The notes beneath the pieces are model-generated. The model was given only the letters and a program-made list of their open reading frames with translations, ran no database searches and had not been told where the DNA came from. Positions 1-9,265 of a stretch of DNA of 64,000 nt are shown piece after piece. The stretch's first letter is position 1; every line of letters begins with the position of its first letter. Source of the DNA: an uncultured Acidobacteriota bacterium (GTDB lineage: Bacteria; Acidobacteriota; Vicinamibacteria; Vicinamibacterales; 2-12-FULL-66-21); contig CAVRYD010000011.1 in NCBI GenBank assembly GCA_963725335.1, positions 1,115,756 through 1,179,755 of the forward strand, given 5' to 3'. A program made the translations under genes and the position numbers.

Positions 1-329
1 CGCTCGATCGGCTGGCCCTTCGGGTCCTCGAGCGGCCAGTCGTCTCGTCGCACTCCTGGCACGTACGGGCACTCGTCACCGCATCCCATCGTGATGAGGA
101 CGTCCGCCTGCGCAGCCAGCTCCGGCGTCAGCTTCTGCGGGCGACTCTCGGTGAGATCGACGTCCAACTCCCGCATGACCGCGACCACCTCGGGATGCAC
201 GCGGTCACCAGGCCTCGTTCCCGCCGACAGAGCCCGCGCCTTCTTCGGATCTGCACGGGCGTTGAACAGCGCGGCGGCCATTTGCGATCGGCCGGCGTTG
301 TGGACACAGGCAAAGATGATGGTGATCAT
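1..329 (-). CDS. arsC: arsenate reductase, LMW-PTP (thioredoxin-coupled) type; C-terminus runs off the window start
   Basis: Own minus-strand translation from ATG (complement of 327-329): MITIIFACVHNAGRSQMAAALFNARADPKKARALSAGTRPGDRVHPEVVAVMRELDVDLTESRPQKLTPELAAQADVLITMGCGDECPYVPG... It has the CX5R P-loop CVHNAGRS. Absent from the ORF track because it is open at the edge. Confidence 0.8.
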   Translation of the reverse strand, partial: MITIIFACVHNAGRSQMAAALFNARADPKKARALSAGTRPGDRVHPEVVAVMRELDVDLTESRPQKLTPELAAQADVLITMGCGDECPYVPGVRRDDWPLEDPKGQPIE

Positions 330-392
330 GGCTGCTCTTGATGCTGCCTTCTCCTCATTCTGACCCGGTTCCGGGCGGCGCGAGCAGGCGGG

Positions 393-420
393 TTGACACC
401 ACCTGGTCATTCATTATATG
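393..420 (+). promoter_or_regulatory. candidate sigma70-type promoter for marR-arsM (TTGACA-N16-TATATG)
   Basis: TTGACA at 393-398 and TATATG at 415-420, in the 107-nt divergent arsC/marR intergenic region. Confidence 0.35.
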
Positions 421-437
421 GTTGTCAGTAGCAACTA
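418..437 (+). promoter_or_regulatory. 20-nt motif ATGGTTGTCAGTAGCAACTA, copy 1 (candidate MarR operator)
   Basis: 18/20 identical to the reverse complement of 992-1011 upstream of arsM. Abuts the -10 box and the marR ATG. Confidence 0.4.
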
Positions 438-976
438 TGCGATTGCCGTCAAAGCCCGCTCCGGCGAGGGGTGATATCGAGCGCGATGCGCAAGCGCTCC
501 AGGGCGCGGTGGCCGATCTGGTCCGCGTCTACCAGTTCCGCGATCGGGACAGCATCTGCTGTCACGACATCTCCGTGACCCAGTGCTACGCGCTCGAGAC
601 GGTTATTGAACAGGGCCCGCTGCGATTGAGCAGCCTTGCGGAGCGGCTGTATCTCGACAAGAGCACGACCAGCCGGGTTGTGGCTACGCTCGTGAGGAAG
701 GGCTACATCGAGCAGCGGCCTGATATCACCGATCGGCGCGCAACGACCTTGCACGCGACCCGCCAGGGGCAACGGCTCTGCGCGCGCATCAACGCGGATC
801 TGGTCGAGCAGCAGAAACAACTCCTGCAGGATCTCGATCCGGACGTACGCGCCGCGGTCGTCCAGGTGCTCCGTCGGCTGGCACAGGCGGCGGATGCCAG
901 ATTCAGGGCTGGCACCGCAACGGGTCCACGCGGGAACTGCTGTCTGCCGGAGGGCGGCGCGACTGCATGCCGCTGA
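437..976 (+). CDS. MarR-family winged-helix regulator, cysteine-rich
   Basis: ORF 338-976. MarR core ...ISVTQCYALETVIEQGPLRLSSLAERLYLDKSTTSRVVATLVRKGYIEQRPDITDRRATTLHATRQG. Start taken at the internal ATG 437 (MRLPSKP). Cys pairs at ICCHD and the C-terminal NCCLPEGGATAC. Confidence 0.8.
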   Translation: MRLPSKPAPARGDIERDAQALQGAVADLVRVYQFRDRDSICCHDISVTQCYALETVIEQGPLRLSSLAERLYLDKSTTSRVVATLVRKGYIEQRPDITDRRATTLHATRQGQRLCARINADLVEQQKQLLQDLDPDVRAAVVQVLRRLAQAADARFRAGTATGPRGNCCLPEGGATACR

Positions 977-991
977 TTTCTGTTGCACCTG

Positions 992-1011
992 TAGTTGTTA
1001 CTGACAATCAT
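992..1011 (-). promoter_or_regulatory. 20-nt motif copy 2 (ATGATTGTCAGTAACAACTA on the minus strand), upstream of arsM
   Basis: Reverse complement matches 418-437 at 18/20 positions. Lies between the marR stop (976) and the arsM start (1037). Confidence 0.4.
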
Positions 1012-1036
1012 TTGACCGAGTAGAAAGGAAGCTCCA

Positions 1037-1876
1037 ATGTCTACAACCCACGTGCGGGATGCCGTTCGCCAGAAGTATGGAGAGATCGCCCGCTCCGCCG
1101 GCAAAACCGGCTGTTGCCAGCCCACCGGATGTGGCTGTGATGACCCGATCTCGTCCGACCTGTATTCAGAGACCGAGACTGCCGGCCTTCCCGCCGAAGC
1201 TGTCGCGGTGTCGCTCGGGTGCGGCAATCCCACCGCACTCATTCAGCTGCAGGCGGGTCAGACGGTGCTGGACCTCGGCTCCGGAGGTGGCATCGACGTC
1301 CTGCTTTCGGCCAAGCGCGTCGGTCCAACAGGCAAGGTGTACGGCCTGGACATGACCGACGAGATGCTGGAGCTCGCGCGCGAGAACCAGCGAAAGGCAG
1401 GCGCTTCGAACGTGGAGTTCCTCAAGGGTACGATCGAGGCGATTCCGTTGCCCGATCGCTCGGTCGACGTGATCATCTCGAATTGCGTCATCAACCTGTC
1501 AGCCGACAAAGATGCCGTGCTACGTGAGGCGTTCCGGGTGCTGAAGCCCGGTGGGCGCTTCGCCGTCTCCGATGTGGTGATCCGGGGCAATCTCCCCCCT
1601 GAGATCCAGCGCAGCATGGAACTGTGGGTCGGGTGCGTCGCCGGTGCGCTTCGCGACGAGGATTACGTGTCGAAGTTGCAAGCTGCCGGATTCGTAGATG
1701 TCCACCTCGAACCGTGGCGCATCTACCAGGTCGAGGATGCGCGCAGCTTTCTTTCGGACGCCGGATTGAACGTCGATGCCCTCGCCGCACAAATGGATGG
1801 CCAGGTCGCAAGCGCCTTCATTCGCGCCAGACGCCCGGAACAGTCCGCCTGCTGCGGGCCGACCTGCTGTTCGTGA
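1037..1876 (+). CDS. arsM: arsenite S-adenosylmethionine methyltransferase
   Basis: 279 aa. N-terminal Cys cluster (GCCQPTGCGC), SAM motif VLDLGSGGGIDV, then VINLSADKDAVLREAFRVLKPGGRFAVSD and WVGCVAGAL, with a C-terminal CCGPTCC. Typical ArsM layout; RBS GAAAGGAAG upstream. Confidence 0.9.
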   Translation: MSTTHVRDAVRQKYGEIARSAGKTGCCQPTGCGCDDPISSDLYSETETAGLPAEAVAVSLGCGNPTALIQLQAGQTVLDLGSGGGIDVLLSAKRVGPTGKVYGLDMTDEMLELARENQRKAGASNVEFLKGTIEAIPLPDRSVDVIISNCVINLSADKDAVLREAFRVLKPGGRFAVSDVVIRGNLPPEIQRSMELWVGCVAGALRDEDYVSKLQAAGFVDVHLEPWRIYQVEDARSFLSDAGLNVDALAAQMDGQVASAFIRARRPEQSACCGPTCCS

Positions 1877-2488
1877 CTGCGGGCAGCGGTCCACTCCCGG
1901 CCGATGGAGCTACCGCGAGGGCTGCCACCTTGGCAACTCGAGCGAGGGCAGCCACGATCCGAACCGTCGGCGTTTACGACGGCGAGGTTCGAGTTTGTTG
2001 CCCTCCGGCCAATCATCCCTCCAGGGGGGAGAACAAACAGAAGAGATCGTTCGCGCATCGATACTGCTGACCTCGTCTGTCACGGCTCGAGATGAGTTGG
2101 CTTCGCAGAACCATCACCGGCGCCTGGTGCCCGCGCCATTTCGGAGGAGAGGCCGCGATCTCGGAGGCGCGACACCAAAAAGCCTCTGCCACGATGAACG
2201 ATAAACCGACTCTAGACGCCTATTGAGGTCAGACACGACCCGGCGAGGCTCTTGCCACCCTCGCGAATACCGGATCGGTCAATCGCACTGCTGCGAGTGG
2301 CGTGTGAACCGATTCCACGACAAACCGGCTACGGGCGCCCCGCTATCATCGACGTTCTGGCGCCTTGAAGGGTGGCAGTGCAGTGACGAGACAACTTCTT
2401 CCATGTGTGATGTGTGTCGGGATGCTGATGTCCGCGCCGACGATGTCGGCAGCGCAGACTCGAGAGGCGGAGAGCCAGGTCACCGTCC

Positions 2489-3655
2489 ATGGGTACTGTT
2501 CAGGCGGTCGACCACACGAACCGCACGGTGACGATTCGCTCGGAGCAAGGCACCGTGGTGACGCTGGATGTGCCAACCACTGCGACGCGTTTCGATCAGG
2601 TCAGAGTTGGCGACGCCGTCCAGGCGACCTACTACAACTGGGTCAGCCTACGTGTGAAGCCCGCGGGCGAGCCGGCGGTCGACCGGACAATCGACCCGAC
2701 GACGGTGGCGAACCCCGGGGATCTACCGGGTGCTACGAAAATCAGGCAGCGAGTGGCCACCGTGACCATCACCGGTTGGGATCCTGTCAACAAGATCGTG
2801 AGCTTCACCGGGCCGAACGGAACGGCGTACTCGCGGGCGCTGCTGCCCACCACCGACCCGAAGATCGTCGAGGGTCTCAAGCCCGGCGATCGCGTCGACG
2901 TCACCCGGACCGAAGCCGTGACGGTCTCCAAGAGCCAATCCGTCACGCTTTCCGCGCAACCCGGCGAGAGCTTACGGCACCGGCTCACGGTCTCGGCCCT
3001 GTTCGGCGTGGACAACCAGTTCAGCGGCAAGATGATCAAACAAGCCACTGGCCGGACAACCGGGGGGGCGCCAATCAACCTGGACGAGACTACCTTCGAC
3101 GAAGTGTACGGCCGCATGGGGATGTTGAAACTCGGCGTCGGCTATCGGACGACGCCACGCACCGAGACTGTACTCAACTTCGTGTATTCCAGCAGTGATG
3201 CGTCGCAGACTGCCACACCGGTCGGCACCGTCGGCGCGAATCCCCAGGTCCCGCTCAATGTCAACTTCACCAGTTACAAGTACTGGGGCTTCGAGGTCGG
3301 TGAGCGTTGGTACTTCGCCCGAACCCGCTTCACGCCCTTCCTCGGCGCCCTCCTGGGGCTCAACCGGCACCAGGATATCCGTGGTACTTTCGTCAACGTG
3401 CCTGCGAATCTCACGCCCGGGCTCGCCGCGCAGGACGGCAAGTTCTTCGAGAAGTCGTGGGCGTTCAGCCTGGGTCCGACCGGTGGCGTGCTCATTGGCG
3501 TTGGTCCCTTCGAGGTCATGGCCGAGGCGCAAATTCGTTTCCTGGGCGGATTGTCGGACGTGGACTGGCTGGTTGAAGAAGGCCTGCGGGATGTCAACAG
3601 CGAGAGCTCGCGGTGGTCGTTGCCGATTCTGGTCGGCGCGCGCATCCGGTTCTGA
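2489..3655 (+). CDS. outer-membrane beta-barrel protein with an N-terminal soluble domain (signal peptide appears to lie in another frame, see findings)
   Basis: 388 aa ending ...WSLPILVGARIRF (C-terminal Phe). Alternating beta-strand pattern in the C-terminal 200 aa (GVGYRTTPRTETVLNFVYSS, YKYWGFEVGERWYF). Confidence 0.6.
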   Translation: MGTVQAVDHTNRTVTIRSEQGTVVTLDVPTTATRFDQVRVGDAVQATYYNWVSLRVKPAGEPAVDRTIDPTTVANPGDLPGATKIRQRVATVTITGWDPVNKIVSFTGPNGTAYSRALLPTTDPKIVEGLKPGDRVDVTRTEAVTVSKSQSVTLSAQPGESLRHRLTVSALFGVDNQFSGKMIKQATGRTTGGAPINLDETTFDEVYGRMGMLKLGVGYRTTPRTETVLNFVYSSSDASQTATPVGTVGANPQVPLNVNFTSYKYWGFEVGERWYFARTRFTPFLGALLGLNRHQDIRGTFVNVPANLTPGLAAQDGKFFEKSWAFSLGPTGGVLIGVGPFEVMAEAQIRFLGGLSDVDWLVEEGLRDVNSESSRWSLPILVGARIRF

Positions 3656-4098
3656 TTCTGATCGCACGCGAGCGGAAAGTTTCAGTTCCTCAATGGTGGG
3701 ACCTCGCCGCCGCGGCCGCGGACCAGCGGCAGGTACACCTCGCTCGACGATCACAGCTCGCGTTCCGGAGCGGTGGGAAGGCACGGTCACGTCAGGTGTC
3801 CTGCGAGGGCGTCAGGGGCGTTTGTCTACGCCTTCGCGCTCTACGACCTCCCGCATAGGGAGGACCCGCACGTCGACCTCGACATGGTGAGTGCCGGCGT
3901 GGTCAAGGTACCGACGACCAGGGCAGCGCAGGCGATCCGCGGGGCCGGCGCTACCCGGACACGCCGTGGGAGCCGAAAGGCGCATTCGACGCGCTGGCCG
4001 ACTGGTGTGGGCGGCCCCCAGCTCAGTTGTAGAATCGGCAAGAAATTCGGAGCAGGTGTGGCAAACTGCGGTTTCTGCGCGGTCTGCGCGCCGAGATC

Positions 4099-5979
4099 AT
4101 GGCTGACACGCTCGACTCGCCAGCCGCGGCATTCGCACAGCTGCTCAAGCTGCCCGGCGATCCCGATGCCGCCTTCAGGAGCGCGGTCGCGCTCGCCAAC
4201 GGGCTCTTCCCTCACCAAATCGAAGGCGTCGCGTTCCTGCTCGGCCGGCGGCGCGCCATCCTCGCCGACGACATGGGCCTCGGCAAAACGCGCCAGGCGA
4301 TCGTCTCTCTGCGCCACCTCACCCCCGGCGGGCCTCGGCTGGTCGTCTGTCCCGCCTCGGTCAAGCGAAACTGGGCGCGCGAGATCGCCGTTGTCGCGAC
4401 GGATGCTTCGGTCCAGGTGATTGAAGGAACCGCACCGGTATCCCCGGACGCGGAATGGATCGTCATCAACTACGACATCCTGGGACGGCATGTCGACAGT
4501 CTCCTGCGCGTGCCGTGGGCAGCGCTGGTGTTCGATGAAGCGCACTACCTGAAAAACCACACCAGCGCGCGGAGCAAGCTCGCACGCCAGCTGACGGTCA
4601 CCGCTGCCGCGGCCACATCCACGCTCGCCGTGCAGCTGTTGACCGGAACGCCGCTCACCAGCCGGCCGCGAGATCTCTTCGTGCTGCTGCAGCTGGCGGC
4701 TCATCCGCTCGGCCGCAGCTTTCTCGCGTTCGCGAAACGCTACTGTGCCGCCGAAAAGGGAGAGTACGGCTGGAAGACGGGCGGAGCCTCGAACATCGAG
4801 GAGCTGACCGTGCAGCTGCACGGCGTCATGCTCCGGCGCTCGAAAGACGATGTGCTCGCGCTGCCGCCAAAGCTGCGGACGTGGGCGCCGGTCGTGGTGC
4901 CCGCGGGCACCGGCGCGCGGGCGATCAAGAAAGTCTTCGAGCTGCTTGCCGGAAAGGACAGCAGGCCCCTCCAGTCGCGCGATGTCGAACTCCGCCGGCG
5001 CGGCAAGCTGCTCGCGTTCCTGGTGGAGGCACGGCAAGCGCTGGCGTTCGCCAAGGTGACGTCAACACTCGACTTCGTCAGGGGCGCAATCGATCAGGGC
5101 GAGAAGGTGATTGTCTTTTCGTGCTTCGACGACCCCATTCGAAAACTCGCAAAGGAACTGGGCTCAACGGCGGTGGTTGTGACCGGGAAGACGCCCGCCG
5201 CCGAGCGGCAGCCGCTGGTGGACCGCTTCCAGAACGATGCCGATGTCCGTGTCTTCGTCGCGAACATCATCGCGGGCGGAACGGGGCTCAACCTGACCGC
5301 GGCGACGCAGGTCGTCTTCAACGATCTCGACTGGGTGCCGACCAACCACTGGCAGGCGGAGGACCGGGCCTATCGGATCGGTCAGACGCGCACGGTCAAC
5401 GTCACCTACTTTGTCGCGCGCGACACCATCGACGACTTCGTCCAGGCTGTCCTCGAAACCAAGGCGGCGCTCGTCAACGCCATCGTCGAAGGTGACGCGC
5501 TGGCCCCCGGTTCGGGCGACGTGCTCGACGAGCTGCAGCGCGTCCTGCACTCGATCTCGGCCAGCGCCGATGCAACGGGATACAGCGAAGACGATGAGTT
5601 GATCGAGCACTTGCTCCGCCGGGCCTCCGACGAGTTCCGCGTCACGCACCGCGCCGATGCCGGCCGTCCGGCAAACGTGCGCGGCGAGCGGGAGACCGAG
5701 GCACTCGCGCGCGCACTGGATGCGCTGGTCAGGGTGCTCTCGGGCCCCTCGGCCCGCCGCTTCCGCATCTCGAGCGCGTCGCACCAGGGAGTCGACTACG
5801 AGATCACCGCGGTCGACGCGGACGTGACGTGCAGCTGCCCGGGATTCGAGTACCGGGGCCAGTGCCGCCACGCCCGCGACGTCAAAGCCGCGCTTGCAGC
5901 GGGCCAACCGGTGTCGGCGCCGTATGCGGAGGTGAGTGACATCGGAACGGGCCGCACCAACGCAAGGGAACCCGGCTAG
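4099..5979 (+). CDS. SNF2-family helicase with C-terminal SWIM zinc finger
   Basis: 626 aa. HQIEGVAFLL..ILADDMGLGKT (motif I), FDEAHYLKN (DEAH), LTGTPL, helicase-C motifs (NLTAATQVVFNDLDWVPTNHWQAEDRAYRIGQ). C-terminal CSCPGFEYRGQCRH matches the CxCxnCxH SWIM signature. Confidence 0.85.
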   Translation: MADTLDSPAAAFAQLLKLPGDPDAAFRSAVALANGLFPHQIEGVAFLLGRRRAILADDMGLGKTRQAIVSLRHLTPGGPRLVVCPASVKRNWAREIAVVATDASVQVIEGTAPVSPDAEWIVINYDILGRHVDSLLRVPWAALVFDEAHYLKNHTSARSKLARQLTVTAAAATSTLAVQLLTGTPLTSRPRDLFVLLQLAAHPLGRSFLAFAKRYCAAEKGEYGWKTGGASNIEELTVQLHGVMLRRSKDDVLALPPKLRTWAPVVVPAGTGARAIKKVFELLAGKDSRPLQSRDVELRRRGKLLAFLVEARQALAFAKVTSTLDFVRGAIDQGEKVIVFSCFDDPIRKLAKELGSTAVVVTGKTPAAERQPLVDRFQNDADVRVFVANIIAGGTGLNLTAATQVVFNDLDWVPTNHWQAEDRAYRIGQTRTVNVTYFVARDTIDDFVQAVLETKAALVNAIVEGDALAPGSGDVLDELQRVLHSISASADATGYSEDDELIEHLLRRASDEFRVTHRADAGRPANVRGERETEALARALDALVRVLSGPSARRFRISSASHQGVDYEITAVDADVTCSCPGFEYRGQCRHARDVKAALAAGQPVSAPYAEVSDIGTGRTNAREPG

Positions 5980-6114
5980 AGGTCTTGACCGCTCCGAACT
6001 TGCACGATTGAGTCAAGTTTCCTGGGTCAAGACCGTCCCCGCGTCAGCGGGGCGTTATCAAGAATATGTGCTAGCGAGGCGGAGCCTCGACGGTCTGAGG
6101 CGCAGCCTCGCTAG
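5980..6114 (+). repeat. ~135-nt triple-hairpin repeat element, copy A
   Basis: 6024-6114 is the exact reverse complement of 31183-31273 (91/91); 5980-6023 matches 31274-31319 at roughly 75-80%. Internal stems at 5981-5990/6025-6034, 6037-6052 and 6071-6114. Confidence 0.9.
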
Positions 6115-6228
6115 TCGGTACTCGATCAGCTCGACGTTGGCCTTGTGTGAATCAGGGACGTCCAGGTACCGGATACGGTGTCCGAGTGGGGGTTACGGAG
6201 CTCATGGCACCTGTCGAGGTGGCCAACC

Positions 6229-8853
6229 CTATTCCGCGCGCATCGCGATGGTCGGATCGATATGCACGGCGCGCACGGCGGGGATCGCGGAAGCCACGAA
6301 TGCCACGAGCGTGACGACGGCGGCGACCACGGCAAACGTGACGGGATCGCGCGCCGGAATATCAAACAGCAGAGTGGCCATGATGCTTGCGGCAGCGAAC
6401 GCGCCAGTCAAGCCGACCGCGATGCCGATACCCACCCATGCCATCCCATCTCGCAACACGAGTCTCACGATTCTCCCCCGGGTCGCACCGATTGCCATGC
6501 GGACCCCGATCTCTCTGGTGCGCGATGCGACGGTGTAAGCCAGCACGCCGTAGATCCCAACCGACGCGAGCAGCAGTGCGCTCAGGGCGAATATGGCCGC
6601 CAGCCTCATCGTGAGACGGGTTGGCGCGATGCTTTCTGCAAGCCAATCCTCCAGAGGACGTACCTGTTGGAGGGGCAGCGTGGGATCCAGTCGGCGCACG
6701 GCCTGGCGAACGGCGGCGATGGCGGCCGTGGGTTCACTGCTCGGACGAACCACCAGCGTCATCGTTCGTTGCGGCAGCTGGCCGGCCGCGAGATAGACGG
6801 CCCCGCGAGGCTCACGATCGGGCCCGCCTCCACGAGGGCCTTGCGTATCCGATCCGCGAATGTCGCCAACGATGCCGACAATCTGGTACGAGTTTCCACT
6901 CCGTTCGACGAACTGGCCGACGGGATTCGTGTCCGGCCAGAACAGTCGAGCGGCGCGCTGACTCACGATGCTAACTCCGGCGGCGCCGACGGTGTCTCGT
7001 TCGTTGAAGAAACGGCCAGCCAGCAGCGGGATCCCGAGCACCCGGAAATAGTCGGCGCTCACAATGTGTTCTGTCGCGCCCTCGGTGCCCGCCGGCGGCG
7101 CTGGGACCAGGTTTCGCCCAGGCGGCTCAAAGGTTGCGCGGACACCCGGTGCGAAGGGCGCACTCGTCGCCAACCCGACTGGACCCGTGTGGCCCGAGGC
7201 CTCGAGCGTGTTCACCAACCGTTGGTAGAACAGGCCCGCCCGTTCGGCGTTGGAATATGCATTTCGAGGCAACGAGATGCGCGCGGTCAGGACACCGTCA
7301 GGTTCGAACCCGAGTGGGACATGCTGCAAGCGGACGAACCCCTGTAGCAACAGCGCAGCGCCTACCAGCAGCATGGTCGCAACCGCGATCTGGCCGGCAA
7401 CCAGAAGCTGCCGAAGCCGTGCTCGCGACAAATCTGCCGTCGTTCGCCCGGCGAGCATCAGTGATTGCGACGGATCGAGCCGCGATGCCCGGACGGCCGG
7501 AATCACCCCGAAGACCAGTCCGCTCGCGATCGAAGCGAGCAGTCCAAAGGCCAGGACGTTTGTATCTAGGCGCATCTCATCGAGACGCGGCAACGTGGGC
7601 GGTAATTGGTTTTGCACGAGCGGGTGCGCGATCGCGGCAACCAATACCCCTGCTACTCCGCTCGTCACGGCAAGGCAGCTGCTTTCAGTGAGTAATTGCC
7701 GCACCAACCGTGAGCGGCCCGCTCCAAGGGCCGCGCGCAGGGCGAGCTCCGCGCGCCGCTCGGTTCCCCGTGCCAGCACCAGATTCGCGACGTTCGTGCA
7801 CGCGATCAGGAACACCATCATCACGGCGCCGAGCACGAGAAACAGAGATCGATGTACCTCCGGCTCGATCGTGGTGTCGGACAGCGTTTCGATCCGCACG
7901 CCCCAGTTCGTGTTGGTGGCGGGAAACTCCTGTTCCAGCGCAAGCGATACCGCGCGCATCTCGTCGCGCGCCTGCTCGATCCGCACACCGCGGCGCAACC
8001 GGCCAACGACGCGGAGGGTATGGTTGCCGCGGTTCTCCTTCGTCGGGTCGATCGCCATCGGCAGGAAAATTTGGCCCCCTGCTGTCGCGGTGGCCTGGGC
8101 GCGTCCAACCTCACGGAACGTCCGGGGCATGACGCCGACGACCTGATAGCGCTGGCCGTCGAGCGTGATCGAGCGTCCAACGATGTCGGAGTCGCTGCCA
8201 AACCGGGTTCGCCACAGCGGTTCGCTCAGCACCACCACGTAACTGGCGCGCTGCTCATCTTCCGTCCGTAACGTCCTGCCAAGGATTGGTGTGACACTCA
8301 GCACGTCAAACAGCGAGGCGGTCACATAGCTGCCAATCAGCAGCTCAGGATCGCCGTCGTCTGTGAGCGTCAGGCCAGTGCTCCCAAACGCGGCGATCGC
8401 GTCGAAGTTCCTTAAGCGCTGCGCCCACGACAGATAGTTGAGCGCCGAGACACGGGTGGACGTGTTGAGATTCGCCTCGAAAAGCTCGACGAGTCGGTCT
8501 GCTTCTGGATAGGGCAACGGGCGCAGCAGAACGGCGTGCACGACGCTGAACACCGCCGTGCTCGCACCAACGCCGCGCGCCAGTGTCAGAATCGCCGTCA
8601 CGGTGATGATGGGTGTTCGACGCAGGCCGCGCCAGGCGTGGCGAAGATCCTGCTTCAGCATCGCGAGATGTTCCGACGGTGCGGTGAGTGCGAGATCCAG
8701 CAGGAGACTGGCCCACAGAGTCCACCAAGGTTCTTCACGCCGGCGGTCGAGATACAGCCGAGCCATCTCGCCACCGAACTCGTCGTGAAAGTCGCTCGGA
8801 TACAGACGCAGAAGACGCCGGTACCACCGCACGCCGGATCTGTTGTGGCTCAT
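6229..8853 (-). CDS. ADOP-type (duplicated MacB/FtsX) ABC-transporter permease with N-terminal prefix domain
   Basis: 874 aa. Two MacB-like periplasmic plus FtsX 4-TM halves (...LIACTNVANLVLARGTERRAELALRAALGA... and ...YGVLAYTVASRTREIGVRMAIGA...). ATGA overlap with the upstream padR. Confidence 0.85.
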   Translation of the reverse strand: MSHNRSGVRWYRRLLRLYPSDFHDEFGGEMARLYLDRRREEPWWTLWASLLLDLALTAPSEHLAMLKQDLRHAWRGLRRTPIITVTAILTLARGVGASTAVFSVVHAVLLRPLPYPEADRLVELFEANLNTSTRVSALNYLSWAQRLRNFDAIAAFGSTGLTLTDDGDPELLIGSYVTASLFDVLSVTPILGRTLRTEDEQRASYVVVLSEPLWRTRFGSDSDIVGRSITLDGQRYQVVGVMPRTFREVGRAQATATAGGQIFLPMAIDPTKENRGNHTLRVVGRLRRGVRIEQARDEMRAVSLALEQEFPATNTNWGVRIETLSDTTIEPEVHRSLFLVLGAVMMVFLIACTNVANLVLARGTERRAELALRAALGAGRSRLVRQLLTESSCLAVTSGVAGVLVAAIAHPLVQNQLPPTLPRLDEMRLDTNVLAFGLLASIASGLVFGVIPAVRASRLDPSQSLMLAGRTTADLSRARLRQLLVAGQIAVATMLLVGAALLLQGFVRLQHVPLGFEPDGVLTARISLPRNAYSNAERAGLFYQRLVNTLEASGHTGPVGLATSAPFAPGVRATFEPPGRNLVPAPPAGTEGATEHIVSADYFRVLGIPLLAGRFFNERDTVGAAGVSIVSQRAARLFWPDTNPVGQFVERSGNSYQIVGIVGDIRGSDTQGPRGGGPDREPRGAVYLAAGQLPQRTMTLVVRPSSEPTAAIAAVRQAVRRLDPTLPLQQVRPLEDWLAESIAPTRLTMRLAAIFALSALLLASVGIYGVLAYTVASRTREIGVRMAIGATRGRIVRLVLRDGMAWVGIGIAVGLTGAFAAASIMATLLFDIPARDPVTFAVVAAVVTLVAFVASAIPAVRAVHIDPTIAMRAE

Positions 8854-9218
8854 GACGTGCCGCGCTTCGGCGTGAGGCCCGCGGCGCGCGCCTGGCGCAG
8901 GAGCGTCGCGAGCCGATCGGCCTCCGCCTGCGCCACGTCGCGGCCAAACGACGTCACGCGGTAGTATCGGCGCCGCTCGTCGTCGCTGTCGGGATCGGGC
9001 CGCTCATCGATTTCGACGATCAGACCCTCCTCGAGCATGCGCTTGATGGATCCGTACAACGTACCAGGGCTGAGCTTCATCCGGCCGTCGGTCCGACCCG
9101 CGACGTCCTGCATGATGGCGTAGCCGTGCCGATCGCGATCCGCGAGGGCGACCAGAATCTGGAAGACGGCGGGCGGCAGTGGCAGCGACGAATCAGTCTC
9201 GAGTGGCTTTTTCCGCAC
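8850..9218 (-). CDS. PadR-family transcriptional regulator
   Basis: 122 aa. ILVALADRDRHGYAIMQDVAGRTDGRMKLSPGTLYGSIKRMLEEGLIVE...RRRYYRVTSFG. GTG start; its stop overlaps the permease start. Confidence 0.9.
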   Translation of the reverse strand: MRKKPLETDSSLPLPPAVFQILVALADRDRHGYAIMQDVAGRTDGRMKLSPGTLYGSIKRMLEEGLIVEIDERPDPDSDDERRRYYRVTSFGRDVAQAEADRLATLLRQARAAGLTPKRGTS

Positions 9219-9223
9219 GTGTG

Positions 9224-9265
9224 CAACTGTAACGAATCACGATATATCCTTCAACGTTATAGTTG
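9224..9265. promoter_or_regulatory. imperfect inverted repeat CAACTGTAACG-N20-CGTTATAGTTG just upstream of padR
   Basis: 10/11 complementary arms at 9224-9234 and 9255-9265, beginning 6 nt upstream of the padR start, in a locally AT-richer stretch. Confidence 0.3.

Noticed and set aside
1723-2058. 111-aa minus-strand ORF in the arsM-OMP spacer starting MRERSLLFVLPPGG
   Set aside because: It overlaps the 3' end of arsM, has low-complexity composition and no RBS or recognisable domain. The 490-nt spacer 1877-2364 remains unexplained but I cannot support a gene there.
3656-4098. 443-nt non-coding stretch upstream of the SNF2 gene, examined for small genes or gene remnants
   Set aside because: All frames give short Arg/Gly-rich reads (e.g. 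..PDTPWEPKGAFDALADWCGRPPAQL*) without a start codon or recognisable family. Nothing here could be called.
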